64,000 nt of DNA, taken from Amoebophrya sp. A120 (Eukaryota; Protista; Dinoflagellata). Shown here in pieces: positions 45,301-59,578 of this stretch (position 1 is the stretch's first letter; every line of letters starts with the position of its first letter). The notes beneath the pieces are model-generated. The model was not told the DNA's origin, ran no database searches, and was given only the letters and a program-made list of their open reading frames with translations. The stretch covers positions 247,697-311,696 of the forward strand of contig CAJINV010000027.1 in NCBI GenBank assembly GCA_905178155.1, in the 5' to 3' direction. The translations under genes and the position numbers were made by a program.

Positions 45301-48300
45301 ACAAAATCAACTTTGTAACCACGGGCCCGAAAGAAATCACCGCAGAGCTTCCGATGGAGTGGCCCGACTTTATCGTGAAGAAAAATCTCCCCCGCTTTAT
45401 TGCTCTGAAAGGAAATTATCTCTCATGCTGGAATTCTGTACGCAGGTCAGTATTGCATTGCTAGAAGGCAAGAAGGAGATTCACCCTTGGCCGTTTTGGC
45501 AGGCAATTTGTAATGCTATTCCGGGCAATGTAGTGCCCGCCTGCCAAGCGGAATACGCAACGCGTTTCCGTGCCAGACAGCAATACAGTTCGAACCTCCC
45601 CTCATCTCCCAGCACCACGGCAACTTGGTTTATTGCGATCACAAATCGTGCTTTCTACGAATTTCGTTTCAGTGTGGGCTGGGGACGACAGGTTTTTTCG
45701 CTTCGACACACTTCCTATCAACTGTAAAAATGTCTGGGTCTGGAAGATTCTGACACTTGTCATGCACGTTTTGCACTAGCCATGATGTCTGTAATGCATA
45801 CCCTAGCAATACAGATTTTTTGAGGGCTTCTTGATGCGTATTCCGCATGACAAATGCCTTCTCAGCGTAGCAAAAATTGCATTCCCTTTTCTACTCATGC
45901 AATACAGATTTTTTTGGAGGCCAAACGCAGCATCACAAGTTCTATTCTTTCCAGACCCAGACATTTTTGCATTTGATACTTCCTGCGGAAACTCGACTCG
46001 GGGACGGGAAACGATGATATCAAATGCAAATATGTCTGGGTCTGGAAGATTACAGACTTGGCATGCGCATTTTGCATGATCCATGATGTCTGTGACGCAT
46101 GCCGTAGGATCGCAGATTCTGTGAGGGCTTATTGATACCTATACCGCATGAGAAATGCCCTTCCGCATGGCAAAAACGGAACTCCTCTTGCTCCCCACAC
46201 TAAGCAGATTTTTGTAGAATCCAAAGGCAGCAGCATCACAAGTTGCAACCTTCCAGACCCAGACATATTTGCACTCGATAGATGACGGCAAGGTGCAACT
46301 GTCGGAGCTCCAAGACTACCTGGTGGACTTGAACGGCGTTCCCCAGCCTGGCATGTCGCTGGGCTCCGTAGCAAACGCGATCCCGTATACGCCGGCTTCG
46401 CCTCTGGCTTTAGTTGGCCTGGCGGCGGGCGGCGGGGCTGCTTTCAGCAGAGTATTTTCAAGTAAACCGAGCCGGAAGCCGATCCCACTCTCGCCGAAAG
46501 CGCGGAGGGAGCGCGCGGCGCAACAAGCGGAGGCCGAGGCCACAGAAAGCGACGATGTTGGCAATGATGCTGGTACAACTCCAGCAGGAGACGCCCTCCA
46601 GTACCGATACGGCCATCTGCCGCCACCAACAGTAGTCGGACCAGCGCCCGCACCCTGGGTACCGCCGAGACCCGTGCCCTACGTCAAGCCCCCCGTGCCG
46701 GTGAAACAGACCCCCGCTCCGTCCCCCGAGAACCATCGAAAAGGCGGTCGCAGCCGGTCGATATTCAATATCCTGGGTAAAAACGTTCCCACCTTAGGGT
46801 CAAGAGGGGGATTTGGCTACACAAACCAACGAGCCTTGTGTGTTGCGCATGACAAGTTCCGGCCCGTGGTGCACCACCCGTGTTTAGCTAGTGCAGCTGC
46901 ATGAGAAATGCATCAGCTCAAGCTCCTTCTACTGTGACAAAGGCTAACCCCAAAAAACCCCTACAACATGCCTGTCATGCCGCTCCACATGAGACACGTT
47001 ACCGTTGCAGTTGTACAGATTTGCATTCTACCTTCCCTGCGTGACAGCCATCTGCGGCCGTTTGCAAAGGGGGAGGCAAAGTGTGCCGCACTTCTGTTTA
47101 GCATGACAACTCTAGGGTGGGGACGTTTTTACTCACGATATATAAGGAAGGGACGGACATCCACACTGGAAATAGGTTGATAGCCTGCTCAGATGTTACA
47201 GTAACAGTCTTCAATGCTACAATAAAGTCTTAGTTTTGTCCTGCATGATCACCAGCATGAGTACTAACATGCAGAGACTTGCGCTTTTCGCAATACAAAT
47301 TTCGTCGAATGCTGCTTCGGTTCGGCGTTCCAGACGTTGTCATGCGCCTTTCTGTGATGGCGGACCAGAGCACGCAGTTTTTGCATCACAAATTGCAGGG
47401 AATTGTATGGATGTACTTTTCTCGTGGGTAGCGAACAACTCAGCACAGACGGCACAGAAGCAGAAGAGACGATCAGCCACGAGAGAGACGCTCGCGGGCA
47501 GCGAGCAACTCAGCACCGGAGAAGAAGAGACGGCGCAGACGTAGCGGGAATACCAAGTTTAGCTTCCTCGAGGACGGAGCCGTGGAACCAGCCCGGGTAT
47601 TCCAGGAACCCACCCTCGCGTCCCGTGCGCCGTTCGGCGAAGAGGCACGGCATGGGGACCACGGCACGGAACACGCCGTTTCCACCGCTGGCAACGAACC
47701 TAGGGAGGGCGCCGACGCGAACGGGCTCAACGTCTATCCAGTGCAAATTTTAGTGGATCTGGAAAAATGGTACGTGGATTGCTTGTCTTGTATTCCCGTA
47801 TTAAATCTGTGTTGCATGATGACTAAGAAAAGCGCCGCGGCCGTTTGTGTCATATGAAAATACAGTTTGTAATGCGCACTATGCATGAAAAAACACTTGA
47901 AATATTCGTCATGCCTGGCTTCACTAGGAAGGCTATTCAATTATGCCCACGCAGAATCACCAGTTTCCAGACCCAGACATATTTGCAAGGCATACCGCCG
48001 CAGACGAGCAGACGGAGGACGGCAGTACGGTGGAAGGAAGTACGGCGGATGGGAGTACGGTGGAACCGGACGGGCCCAACGATGGCGCAGACGAGCAGCC
48101 GGTGGAGGGAGGTACGGTGGAGCCGGACGGGCGTAATGACGGCGCAGACGAGCAGCCGGTGGAGGGAGGTACGGTGGAACCGGACGGGCGTAATGACGGC
48201 GCAGACGAGCAGCCGGTGGAGGGCGGTACGGTGGAACCGGACGGACGCATCGACAGCGCTGGCGAGCAGACGGTGGAAGGAAGTACGGTGGAACCGGACG

Positions 48301-48605
48301 ACGGCCCAAGCGAGCAGACGGTGGAAGGAAGTACGTTGGAGCCGGACGGGCCCCGCGACGGTGCAAACGAGCGAGCGGTGGAAGGAACTTCGGTGGAGCC
48401 GGAACGCAGCAATCTGCGTGGCGGGCTAGCGCAGGGAGCGAGGAAACGAAACGACCACGTGCGGCAAACGGAGCCATCAGTGGGTGGACTGCAGCTGGTG
48501 AGCATCCCGTGGAGCAACGCGTACTACGAGTGGTTAGTGGTTGGTGTGCTCTTGCTACCGTTCCTCTACTGGCTCCGGGCTGTGTGGTGGCGGCGCCGGC
48601 AGTAG
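39337..48605 (+). CDS. Multi-EF-hand protein with N-terminal signal-like segment, acidic repeats and C-terminal TM helix, multi-exon
   Basis: Repeated DxDxDG..S..E loops (DFDGDGAFGLSE, DTDTDGWYSFHE, DMDGDGELSHYE, DLDGDKKISSNE, DFNGDGSLTAEE, DFNGDGKLENSE) and ending WLVVGVLLLPFLYWLRAVWWRRRQ*. Not every junction was verified, so it could be more than one gene. Confidence 0.7.
45716..45978. mobile_element. Introner, family A, reverse orientation
   Basis: TIR, TSD CTTCC. The interior is the reverse complement of the 22082-type interior. Confidence 0.92.
46018..46280. mobile_element. Introner, family A, reverse orientation
   Basis: TIR, TSD GATGA. Confidence 0.9.
47995..48405 (+). repeat. Coding tandem repeat, about 60-nt unit (GADEQPVEGGTVEPDGRND-like)
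   Basis: About 7 imperfect units in ORF 47943-48605, three of them nearly identical with 60-nt period. Confidence 0.9.
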
Positions 48606-50966
48606 CGGTGTAAGAGTCTCTACGGGGGAAAGTAGTGATTCTGGATTTATTGATCCGGAGTTCTGTTGAATATTCTTTGACATCTATTTTTTTTGCTACA
48701 GTACACATTATAACAAGGATTGAGCGACTCCATCAATCAGGAGTAAAGGGAAAAAAAGTTCAGATAATCTTACTGTTACTCATCTCAGCGTGCACAAGTA
48801 TTTACAAAAAAAAGTTGCAGATTTTATAGGCCCGGCAAACGATAAAAGCGAAAGTGGGCATGTATTTTTTAATCGCTGTGCCGGCCAAAGTGCCACACGG
48901 TAAGTATTTCAATGCGATCTAACTAATGATTTCCTTGCCGTTTTTCAGAACAAATAAGTTTGACGAAGAATTTTGTTGCAATAATTTGATTTTTCCCTAC
49001 CAAAGACGACCAAACATTGAACTTTCGACGCCGTAGAAAATATAATTCCGTCGTACGGATTCGGATACATACGGAAACGAAGTGTCTATCCTATTCAAGA
49101 GATGAGTCCGCGCCACCTCCTAACCTACTGAAGAGGAACAACATGGTAACAACATAAATGTTGTTTGTCATGCTGTGATGAGCTGCTGATAAATTTGAGA
49201 CAGTTGTTGCTTTCGCTAGCATGGCAGACTTCCAGTGTACAAAATCCTACCGGGGTTTTCGATAGAGGAACGTGCTGCAAGTCAGCAACCACGATGCGCC
49301 GGCGTTCTGATGCGAGCCCCGATAGCTTCTGCCGGAGCTCCTTCGGGATTTTTGTCGCGGGCTGGGGGGCTGCAACAAAGCTACCCTTTGTCTCATGTAG
49401 TAGTCATCTAGTCGAGCAAAATTGTAACGCCTTTTTATCTAAAATGGCAAAGCAACCGCTGGTCAGGAGACCTTTAAAAACCAATTTTTACAACTAGAAA
49501 CCAGCAAAAAGGATAGCGAAAAGAAAGAAGCATAGGCGGAAATTCGTCTACAGCACGGCTCGACGACGCTCTGCATTTAGTTATAATCCGACCTGGCGAA
49601 ATACACTTTTCACAAAACTTCATTCTTTAATTTTTTCCTTGTGTTGGAAGCATTTTCTCAGCATAAAGTAGAACGCGTAGCCGGCGCTTCGCAACAGCGA
49701 TTGACCCGTTGGTGAAATATAGTGCTCTCCGACGGGTTTGCGCTTTAATTACCTGAGCGATTTTGCTCGTGTAGATTTACAGGTATAAAATATAGGACGA
49801 TTGACTGATCGGGAAAAAATAAGCATTAAGACGCGAAAGTCGCGCATAACCAAAAGCTGCACCCTGCCTCCACCTTTTTGTGCTCTGACCCAGTTTACAT
49901 CTGCCTAATTTTTAACATGATGCTCTGCCCACCCGTGTAGCTGACCACCTTTTTTTTTTGAAGCTGCTTATTTCTAGCTGAAACCAAGCGGCTCACTTAC
50001 TTCTGATAAACGAATAAACGATTCTTTATGATCCTGGTTTTTTTCTTTCTTTAGCACAACAGACTTGGGCTGAAGATGTCCACCTGCTAGAAATTGCTAG
50101 TGAAGCTGCAACCTTTTAGTTTTACTATTGGTAAATGCGTCGCCTGGTATCTTTAACGAGTGAAGAACAGGAACGATAGAGCTTTTCGGCTCACAGGACA
50201 ACTGGCGCTCCGGCCAAACATCGCGATGCAACGAGCTCCATAGCAGGGCAATAGGCCCGATCTTGGGGCGAGCGAGAAGTAGTTTTCTGAAATTTTCCAT
50301 ACGATTTAAAGCGAAACGAGACCTGTCCACGCCAATTCCAAGCAAGCATCTGAAGCTGCTCGTAGCTTATTCAAACACCCAAGAAAACGTGTAAGTGTAT
50401 CGGACAGAGCTATAAAAATCGACGACTTTTTTTTTTAAGCATGGGTTGCACGTTCAAATTTCGCAATGTACCCTAGCCGATTGTAAATTTCGCCGCGCCG
50501 GCCACTTTTAGACGCACCCTTGTACAACAATGTAGACGAGTGAATGAACTGCATCGACCCGTTTGTGTCACTCCACAAGCTGTTGCACAGGACACCTTTA
50601 TCTCGTACTACAAACATGCTGGCGATACGAATGTACTGCAAAAATGCACACCTGTATATACTTGCTAAGCAGCGGTGCCTCTTGGCAAGAAGCCGCTATT
50701 ACAGTCAGCACTCTGGCGCTTTACTGAGAAGCTTTTTGATGAAAAACAAGAATTCGTGTTCCCCAATGTACGCATTTGTGTCATCACCGTGGGCATGGCA
50801 AGGGTGATACATTTTGAAGTATCTACACTACATGAACCATCCGCCAGATGTTCCGTGGTTTCCATGCTTCCAACGCGTTCACACTGCAACGAGCGAAGCA
50901 CCCTAGTGCGGCTGGAATCACATTTGAATTTCCACATTGACTCTGACATTTTATCCTGACAAAACC

Positions 50967-53900
50967 ATGCTCCTGTCATTCCGGTTGCCCGTTACGCACA
51001 CTATGCGAAGGCCCTGTGTCCTGCGCCCGCTGCGATTTTGCGTGCCCTCCCTTCCTGCTAGAACGCAAGCCCGATTGGTGTTCGATGATCCGTGCTACCG
51101 GCGCCAAAACGAAGAGGATTGGACAAACGGCTCGAAGCAAACCGTCCATGCGAATGAGTGGCGAGATGCCGCCGGTGCTCCACTGAATAAGCAAGAGGCG
51201 AAGATGAGGCAGAAAACTGCGGTCCTCGCCACCGTGCCTGCCAGCGATACAGCGGTGGTTCACGATGTGCAGGTATCAACGACCAAATGAGTCTGTGGAA
51301 ATGGAAAGTCCCCTTAGTAGAGTAAAGAGACAGGTATACCTTGCGTGAAAACGATTTAGAAGTGTGGTTGGAGCAATGCGAAATCCTATTGCCACATGAG
51401 AACCAGTCACGACCCTTTCCACCTGCTGGACATTTTTTTCCATACCAGCAGGCCCTGAAGCACTGTCTGCACGTGCTGTATACCAACGGCGAAAAGTTTC
51501 TAGACAGCGGTATGATGATGAAAAACTCTGCCCACATGCAAAAAACGCATTTTGCATATGCAAATGAGCTGCCGTGCAGTGCCGAAACCAAAGAGACAAT
51601 CGTGCCAAAAATGCCATGTGGGCAAAGTTTTTCCTACTACTGAAGACGGCGGGTACCACAAGCCGATGCTAAATGCGGACAAGCTTTTCAAGTTTTGCGT
51701 CAAGGTCGAAATTGCGTTCCTCGTCACGAACCTGTGCCTGCAAACGCCCTTGCTGTTCGAGGTATTGATGATATCGAACAGAAGAGTACACCTGTACCAC
51801 AAAGAAAATCGAATTTGTGTTGCTAAATTGACGTTACTGGAAAGTCTGTAATGCGGAGACCACACAAGAAAACATTTTCCTTTGTGCAAAATGCAGTTTG
51901 TAATGCGTTCTGACGGTTGGAAAGAGGTATGGCAAAAACTCTGTCATGCTCTGCAGCCCAGAAGGGTTTTTTGCCAAACAAAAAACAGCATGTCAAATTT
52001 ATTTCTTTTCTGGTGTGGGTGTACTTTTTTGGGGAATAGATGAATGCGCATCTCCAGTACGCGTCGCTCGCACTCGCCTGGTGGGCTGCGGTCTATGTTA
52101 TCAAAGTGAAGATAGCCCTCGTCCCATATTCAGATGGAAATTTCTGTTGCTGGATCGCTCTGAACAAATTGGGGCTGTTTTCCAGCAGGCAAGACAAGGA
52201 TGATTTTTGACCAGAAATGAGCGTCACAAATTTCCGTTTTGATTATGGGGCGGGGGAATTTTAGCTCGAGATACATGTTGGCTTAGACCTGGCCAAGTAC
52301 CCTGGCTGGGTGGTATGCGGCACGACAACCGCACTCCAACTCCCGATATCCTGAGTAAAAACGTACCCACACCAGAGTCAGGATGAGGATTTTGCAACAC
52401 AAACCTAGGAGTTTTGTGAGTCACGCATGACAAGTTGCACTATGCAGTGTAGTGCTGATTAGCAAGTGCAGCCGCATCACAGATTCACCTGCTCATCCCG
52501 TTCACAGCATCACAAATTGCAAAACACAATTCGAAATAGCTCTCATGGGGATGCGCATTACAAGTCTTCCTGTCTTTGCAAATCTGCATTACAACTCTGG
52601 TGTGGGTACGTTTTTACTCAGGATACCCGACTGCAAGGTGGTATCCACGAAGCGCGACCGCAAGTTTGGTCTTCGCTCTCGGGGTATACATTGCAAATAC
52701 GTCTGGGTCTGAAAGGATGCGAAGTGTGTCATGCTCGTCTGGCATGCCTGAAGAGTTTGTGATGCACGTTCAAGAAGAGGTCCTTTTGCTCGTCATGCAA
52801 AAACGCAGTTTGTCATGCGTCGGAAAACGCAAAATGAAGCCGCGCAAATATTTCTCATGCTTGGCTGTGCATTACAGAGCATTCAGTATTCACAAGTCAG
52901 CATTACATCTTTCCAGACCCAGACATATTTGCATTGGATACGGAGCGATTGGGCTCTGCTGTACGGAAGCGAGCGTGCAACTTTCGTGTTATCCTGTGTA
53001 AAAACGTCCCCAGCCCATAGGTGTCATGCATATTTGCACCTGCAGAAATATCTGTAATGCGCATCCGCATGAGAAGAACTTGTAGTCGTGTTCTGAGATT
53101 TGTAATGCTGTAAACAGGACAAGCATGCATCTCCGTGGTGCGGCTGTCCTTGCTAAACAGCACTACACTAGTACAGATGGAACCCTCTCATGCGTAACTC
53201 CACGAAACTTGGACATTTGTGTTGCAGACTACTTGGCAACTTGACTACGGGGTGGGGCCGTTTTTGCTCAGGATACGGATGGACCGTGGATCAGCTACGG
53301 CGTCTTGCTGTCTGGCTACGGCGTGATGCTCCTCCTGGACTGTGCGTTCCACAAGTCGCTGATGCTGCCGTCTTGGCTCATTCGCTGTATCATATTGGGA
53401 ATCATGTTTGCTCCCGATAGAGATTTCGGTTCTTATCTACCTAAAGCGAGTGATGTCGACTGGGTATGGTTTGTCATGATGGAACCGAACCTCGCTCTAT
53501 ACATGCATGCGCCGGCGAGCTATCGCTTTACGTTTATCAAATACGGCAAACTTATCCTTTGCAAATATTTCTTCAGCTCTGGCGCATTGCAAAATTGCAT
53601 CGTCGCTTCTGACAGAATATCCCCGCTCAGCAACACAAACTCAGTTTTCTGGGACTGCCCATGGTTCGCACATTGATACGCAGGAAGCTTCTCCTGAACG
53701 TCGCAGCAATTCTATCGCATTGAAAATACTTCCCAGCCCAGAGTACAGAGGAAAGCCTCTGTGAGGTACAGAGGGGTTTTGCAGACGATATAAAGGGATT
53801 TGCATTTCGCATGACGTCTGGCGCTTCATTGTAGTCCAGTATTGAAAAACAGCCCTCGTCGTAGTCGTAGCAGTTCAGACTTCTTTTTAAAACTAGTACA

Positions 53901-54059
53901 GGCTTAAACTATTTCTGGGCTGGGAGGTTTTCACGGTGATCGGCCCTTTCACTGTCAGTCTCCTGTGCGAAAGGTAGGGCTCTCGGACACGATGGGGCTG
54001 AGCTGCTGCTGCAACAAAGAAACGCGGGTCGTGACCTGACGGATCCTACTTTGATATAG
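50967..54059 (+). CDS. TMEM69/DUF3429-like membrane protein, possible mitochondrial transit peptide, multi-exon
   Basis: Arg-rich N-terminus, then LQYASLALAWWAAVYVGLDLAKY and SYGVLLSGYGVMLLLDCAFHKSLMLPSWLIRRK, which resemble DUF3429 helices. The frame holds across six or more TIR introns. TAG 54057-54059. Confidence 0.6.
52347..52625. mobile_element. Introner, family C, reverse-complement near-copy of 643-921
   Basis: Same 279-bp length, TIR, TSD CCCGA. Confidence 0.93.
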
Positions 54060-54382
54060 TGCGCAGAAAGACGACTAGCTCAAGCGAAGAAGAAGGAAAA
54101 GATGTGGCGCAAATTCTAATGCACTCGAAAAAAAAAGGAAAAAAAAAAAACTGTTTGGTGTACTGTGCGGCAACGGCCGAAAAAGCTTCGTTTCTTCATC
54201 GTATTTGTTCCCTTCTCAAAGCTTCGCAGCGGTAGTTGCAAGATCCAAGTGCTGGACCTAGCTCCACGTTTTTCGATTAAAACTACCTCAACACCCAATG
54301 TTCTGCCATCAACACGATCTACTTTCTCAGGATCAGCCCTGTAGTTTGTGGTACAAAGGAGAGGCGGCAAACCTCCGCAGTG

Positions 54383-57300
54383 ATGCGAGGAAAATGGTTC
54401 TTCACCGCTCCGTGCGTTTGCACCAGCACCTCTTTCACACTTAAATGCTGTTTCTTGCTCCTTGCGGCATCCTGTGCCGCGGCAGTGGGGTCCGGTTTGC
54501 GCACCGCCATACTGCAGAGCTATTTTCCAGAACAACACAGGTCCGAGGAGCGGTTGTACAGCTTGGTGGAGCGCGAAAATACAGCAGATACCGCAACCGC
54601 TGACACGACTTCCGGTGCTGCGCACGCTAGCTTCGCAAAACCAGGCGCAGCTCGACTCGACGCTATCCTGTGGACAGATTCTATCATTTTTCCCCTCAGC
54701 TGCAACAGAGATTTAACAAGCATTCTCGAAAAGCTCGGGAATATACGTGGTCCTGCGAGATGTGTATCAGCGTAAGCATGTGCTTCTTCTGCAGCAAATC
54801 TTGCAGTGTAGCAACCTTTGCATCTGTGCGGCGGGAGAGGATAGTTCTTCCACAGCATACAATAATCTCTCTGTTTCGTCGACAATTACCGAAGAGCGCA
54901 GCAAGCAAACAGGACCAAGGATCAAGAAACGGAGCCAGCAACATCCTTCTTCACCTCCGCATCCACAAAACGCCGACGGCATTTTCAAACAATTGCGCGA
55001 AACCTTGGTGTCAGCTACTTCTTCCGCCCCCTCTTCGACAGCCCCGTGCTGTATGAGAAATTGCAGCGCGGCAACGACTGGGCAAGCGCCTTGCTCTTCC
55101 AGCGGTTCTCAGGATACTACGACCAGCTCCTGTATGTGCACGAGTCAGCGCATCTCGAAAAAGATGTCGTGGAAGCGCTTCTGCGGCACTACCACCAAAG
55201 GAGAGAAGAGCCAGCGAGCTCAGCATCCGCGACCAAGGAAACAGTGGTGCAAGACACAGCGACGGCGGGAAGAATACTGCTAATCACAGCACCTACAGCT
55301 CCGGGTCGTCGTGCTACAGGAGATACAGCGGTCGCTACGCACCAAACAATCGCGATTCTGTCTACTGCGAGTGACATCGCGGAGGACGGCCGGACACTCC
55401 GCGGACGCGACGCTCTGATGGAGTTTTGGACGAACGTTTTTCTGGACCGCCACTGCCTAGACCTGACGGTTGCGAGCTGCGCGCATAGGCAAGGAGGGGG
55501 GGTTGAGTCGAGTAGTTGTCGCTTGTACAAGCTTGTCTCGAATTTCGTACCATCCCGAATAAAGTGGAACGTAGCTTGAAGATGATGAAATGTGCATGAC
55601 AAATCGCAATGTTTGACTTAACAAGCCCCTCCTTATTGCATAGTACGAAGGAGTGCCGCCCAGGGTTCCGAGTATTGGACGCTGACGGAAGCGTCTGGCT
55701 TTGTCGAGGTGCACGAACTGGCATTGCCAGACCCGCAAGACGCTCCGGTCACAGCACTGGACCTGGACCAGATTCAGTTCGTCGGAACAGTCGGCAGCGC
55801 AAACAAATCCCCGCTTTTCACTGGCGGTCCTCCTCGCGGTCCAATCGCAACTGCTACTTCAACAGCGGACGGTGTGCACGATTCGCCGAGCGGTGACACG
55901 CCTGACTCAGGCGTGCCCGCGGCACGAAAACTGAAGATCGCGGTCGTGCAGACGTACTTCCCGCGCTCTCATACGAAACGTGCCGAATTGTATTCCTGGA
56001 CCGAAAGAGAACTTCTTGCCGAGCCACTGTACGAAGAGCATCTCGCGCAAGAAGGATCTCAAGGAAGCAGCCGAACCCGTTCCTTGTTCAAGGATTCTCG
56101 AGTACTGCAGACCGCGGAAAACCTGAAAAGCAGGTTTGATAAATCAGAGGGGGCAACAACTTCTTCACCCAGCGGCCACGATCACTCACCCAGTGCTGCG
56201 ACACAGCGCAGTCAGCTCTTCTTCCCTCTGTACGTGAAGGCCGTTGCCAAGATCAACCAAGCGTACTGTGTATGAAATGAACCGTGCCTCGATAGTAAAT
56301 CCTTCGGAGCTGCACAGCAGTGCAACATCGCTATGCTCGGTGGGCGGACAAGGTCGTCTATGTGGCCACGGTTCATTTTCATGCGAAAAACGACACAACT
56401 ACGCCTACATCTTCCGCACAAAGTTCGAAGCGCGCGAGCCACTCTACGTCCAACGTGGCAAATTCGCGACCGCTGGTCACTTTCTGGATGGAGTGCAGAA
56501 AGAACGTCCGCATCGAGCGTACTCCTGGGGGCGAATTCTTCTCGTGTGGCGGTATTTGCCGTTTTACGACTACGTGCTCATCGCGGACCTGGACGCAGCA
56601 TTCGTTCGCCCGCAAACAGTATCAAAGCACAACAGCGCATTAGCAGGCACTCCCGGGGCTATGGCACTTCCTCGGTGACGACGCTGAACAAGGCATGACA
56701 TTTTGTATTCACTCTTGTGTACAATCTACGGGACACGAAAATTTTAGCTGGCTGTGCGTTCTGTGCATTCCTATAAATCCGTATAGAAACTTTGCTGTAC
56801 TTCTGGGACCCAAGTGTGCGCTGGCTCTTGCAGACACCGGAAAAGAACGTGGATCGCCCGTCCAGACCAAGCGACCCGAGCCCCGCAAACCTGGTGTTCG
56901 AAAATCAGCCACTGAAATTCGTCGGCTTTTTCGGCACACAACTGCAGGCCGGCGTTTTCATGATGCGGGGCGGCACGCTGGTAGCAGACGGTAACGAAGA
57001 ATGGGGCTCGGAGTTTCTCATGAGGATGTACCTGCACCCAATGTGCTTCGACGGTGGACTGTGTGAGCAGACTTGCGCGAATGCGTGGCTGCTCGCAGAC
57101 CTGGGCAACTGCTGCGGACAAGCGGGCGAACACAGGGGCAGCGGACACCAGCAAATCCCTTCGTGCGGCGACCCAGCGCTCGACGGAATCCAAACGGGCT
57201 TCAAAGCTGCTGACGAAAGTGGTGCTCCGGTCGAACGTCCAGAAACTTCTGTAAACGAACCTGTCCCGAGCGCAGCCACGAATAGCAACACTCCGGAAGA

Positions 57301-59103
57301 CGAAAATGCCAGTTTCGCTTACATCAGGAACGGGCCGCACAGCATCCGCCACTTTGTTTTTGGACAACACTATCAACCCGGCGCACGAGCCCACAGCCGA
57401 GCCGCGCGAGTTCTTCCTGTTGGTACGATGCAGGCTATCGAAATGCGGACGAGACTGCGAATTGTCAGCGAAACGAATGGCGCGGTCCGGTTCTCGACCG
57501 GCTTTCCGAAGGAGCCCGGCGCCACGGAAGGCGATACGCAGTATACATTCCGAGACGACATTCTGGACAGGCCGTTGATGTACCACACCGCTGTATGAGA
57601 TTTGAAAAGCGCTGCGTACTTGACATCGTCAGGCATGCAGTCTCGCTGTAGTTCACCCTCGTTTATTATTTACTCAAACAAGATCTTTTTGCCAGACATA
57701 GTTCTTGACAAGATGAAAAAGTCCTGCAGTCAAGTAGGAAGCAGGTGTATTTTTTCCTTTCATGCGACGGCAGGGGCGAAACCTTCAAAAACGTAGTCTT
57801 TACAACCCTCCTTGATATGACGGCAAAAGATGAAGTTACAGGCAAAGCAGAGATTCATCGTGCTGCCCAACAACCGTTGTTGAAACCAGCATCCCGGCCA
57901 GAGCCCGAGTTCCTCTGGGAATGTCTCACTCCCGGCACGGCAAGCTCAGGAGAGCGAGCTGCTTCAACGCACACGTCGCTTTTTAACCGGGTAATGGACG
58001 CTTTGGGAGCCTACTATGGATACCAGTACGACTTTCAACACCACTATGGAGTCAGCCCCGAGAACACAAAAGGGACCATCGAAGGCCGCAACTACAAGGA
58101 ACTACGGGGATTCTCGCCGAGCTTCGCCGAGACGATGACGGAGATATTCCCCGATGCGCCTTTTCGCCGGGGGATACACACAACGCCCAAAGACCTTGCG
58201 ATCATAGTTCCTACTTTCAGCACGAAGACAGTAGGAGGACCCGAACACGCAACAAACTCGCCTGAACTTCCCAGGAAGTCACCTGTCCACTCCGCCCTGA
58301 ATTTCGCCGCGTGTTACCAGGCCTACAGCTCCTACCATCGTGTCGGCGTGTTTGCAGTCGGACATCCCCTAGCTGCGGAAAGCATCTTGACCGCAAGTCA
58401 TGCGCTTGGTGCGCTTCTGTATCGGCGTTTGCCTTCCTTTGTTCTACCAGCCCGAGGCGGCAAGTCCTACGGACCCGGCGGAACCGCTACAGAAATCGCA
58501 GTTCGCGAATACCACCGCGGCCGCAGCAACCAGTTCGTCGTGAAGCGGTCAAGGCCTCGCTCCAGGCCATCAGAGACAGATTTTCCGCACGCGGCCGGCC
58601 AAGAATACGAAGACGGGTTCAATTCCTTTTTCGAGCCAAGCATGGGCGAGGGCGACGGAGAAACAGTGACAACCTCGCGGTTTTGGTCCGCGTTCGTGAT
58701 CTGGAATGCGGATGATGGGGCGGAAGAAGATGGACATGACGTACCGAGCACTGAAACTGCAATCGCGCAAACGGAAGCAGCTGTAAAAACCAGTTTATCG
58801 TCCTCAAACTCAACCGCCACACCGAGTTACAAATGGGCCAAAGCGACTGTCCTCCATGTCCGGGAGCTGCTGTCCTACGGTTGGCGTAGGAATGATCAGT
58901 TTTCCATCGACTACTTAAACATTCCCACGCGGGTTTTCATCGTATCCAGCAATGCAAATTTGCGCCAGCATCTCCTAATACTTCACCTGCTGGAAAGGCA
59001 CGTAGGCTGTACGATAGAGAAACTCTCAACTGCACTAGCAGTATGTAATTTCTCCGAAGAATTGGAACTAGATCGAATAGCAGGTAATGGCGCTTTCGCG
59101 TAA
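54383..59103 (+). CDS. Putative glycosyltransferase (GT34/GMA12-MNN10-like), multi-exon
   Basis: N-terminal hydrophobic anchor, KINQAYC/EKRHNYAY, SWGRILLVWRYLPFYDYVLIADLDAAFV (DxD motif), LQAGVFMMR and EQ motif. Long terminal exon about 57790-59103. Confidence 0.6.
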
Positions 59104-59578
59104 AAAAGCTCTTCTGCTCGAGCTGCGACCAAGCAGGATCGGCACCTGCCCGCAGTTTACAGCAGCATAACGCACCTTACATTGTTGATACATTTCGCCC
59201 GTTGTTCATGTTGGAACTGATTTGTCCCTCGCAGGAAAGTTATGCCAACTCGGATCCCTCCTAAAACACACCAAAGCACAGTTCCAGAAGGACACAAAAG
59301 ATGTGGAAAAATTGAAAAACCGAAAAGAAAGATCCATGACTTGATGATGCAAGAGAAAAGAGGAATCAAAGGTCATCTCGCTGTCGATGAAGTGCTCAAA
59401 ACACAATAGCAACCTTTTCCATTTTGAACAACGCGTCGCACCGGTATACGTTTCTATTTCGAAAAAACCAAGTCAACAAGCAACGTAAAATAGTAGAAAA
59501 AGTTCGTAGTTAGTCGGTCCCACAAGAAAATTATTGGCGCTTCGTAATACGCTTTTTGAATCACAAGCAACACAAAAC

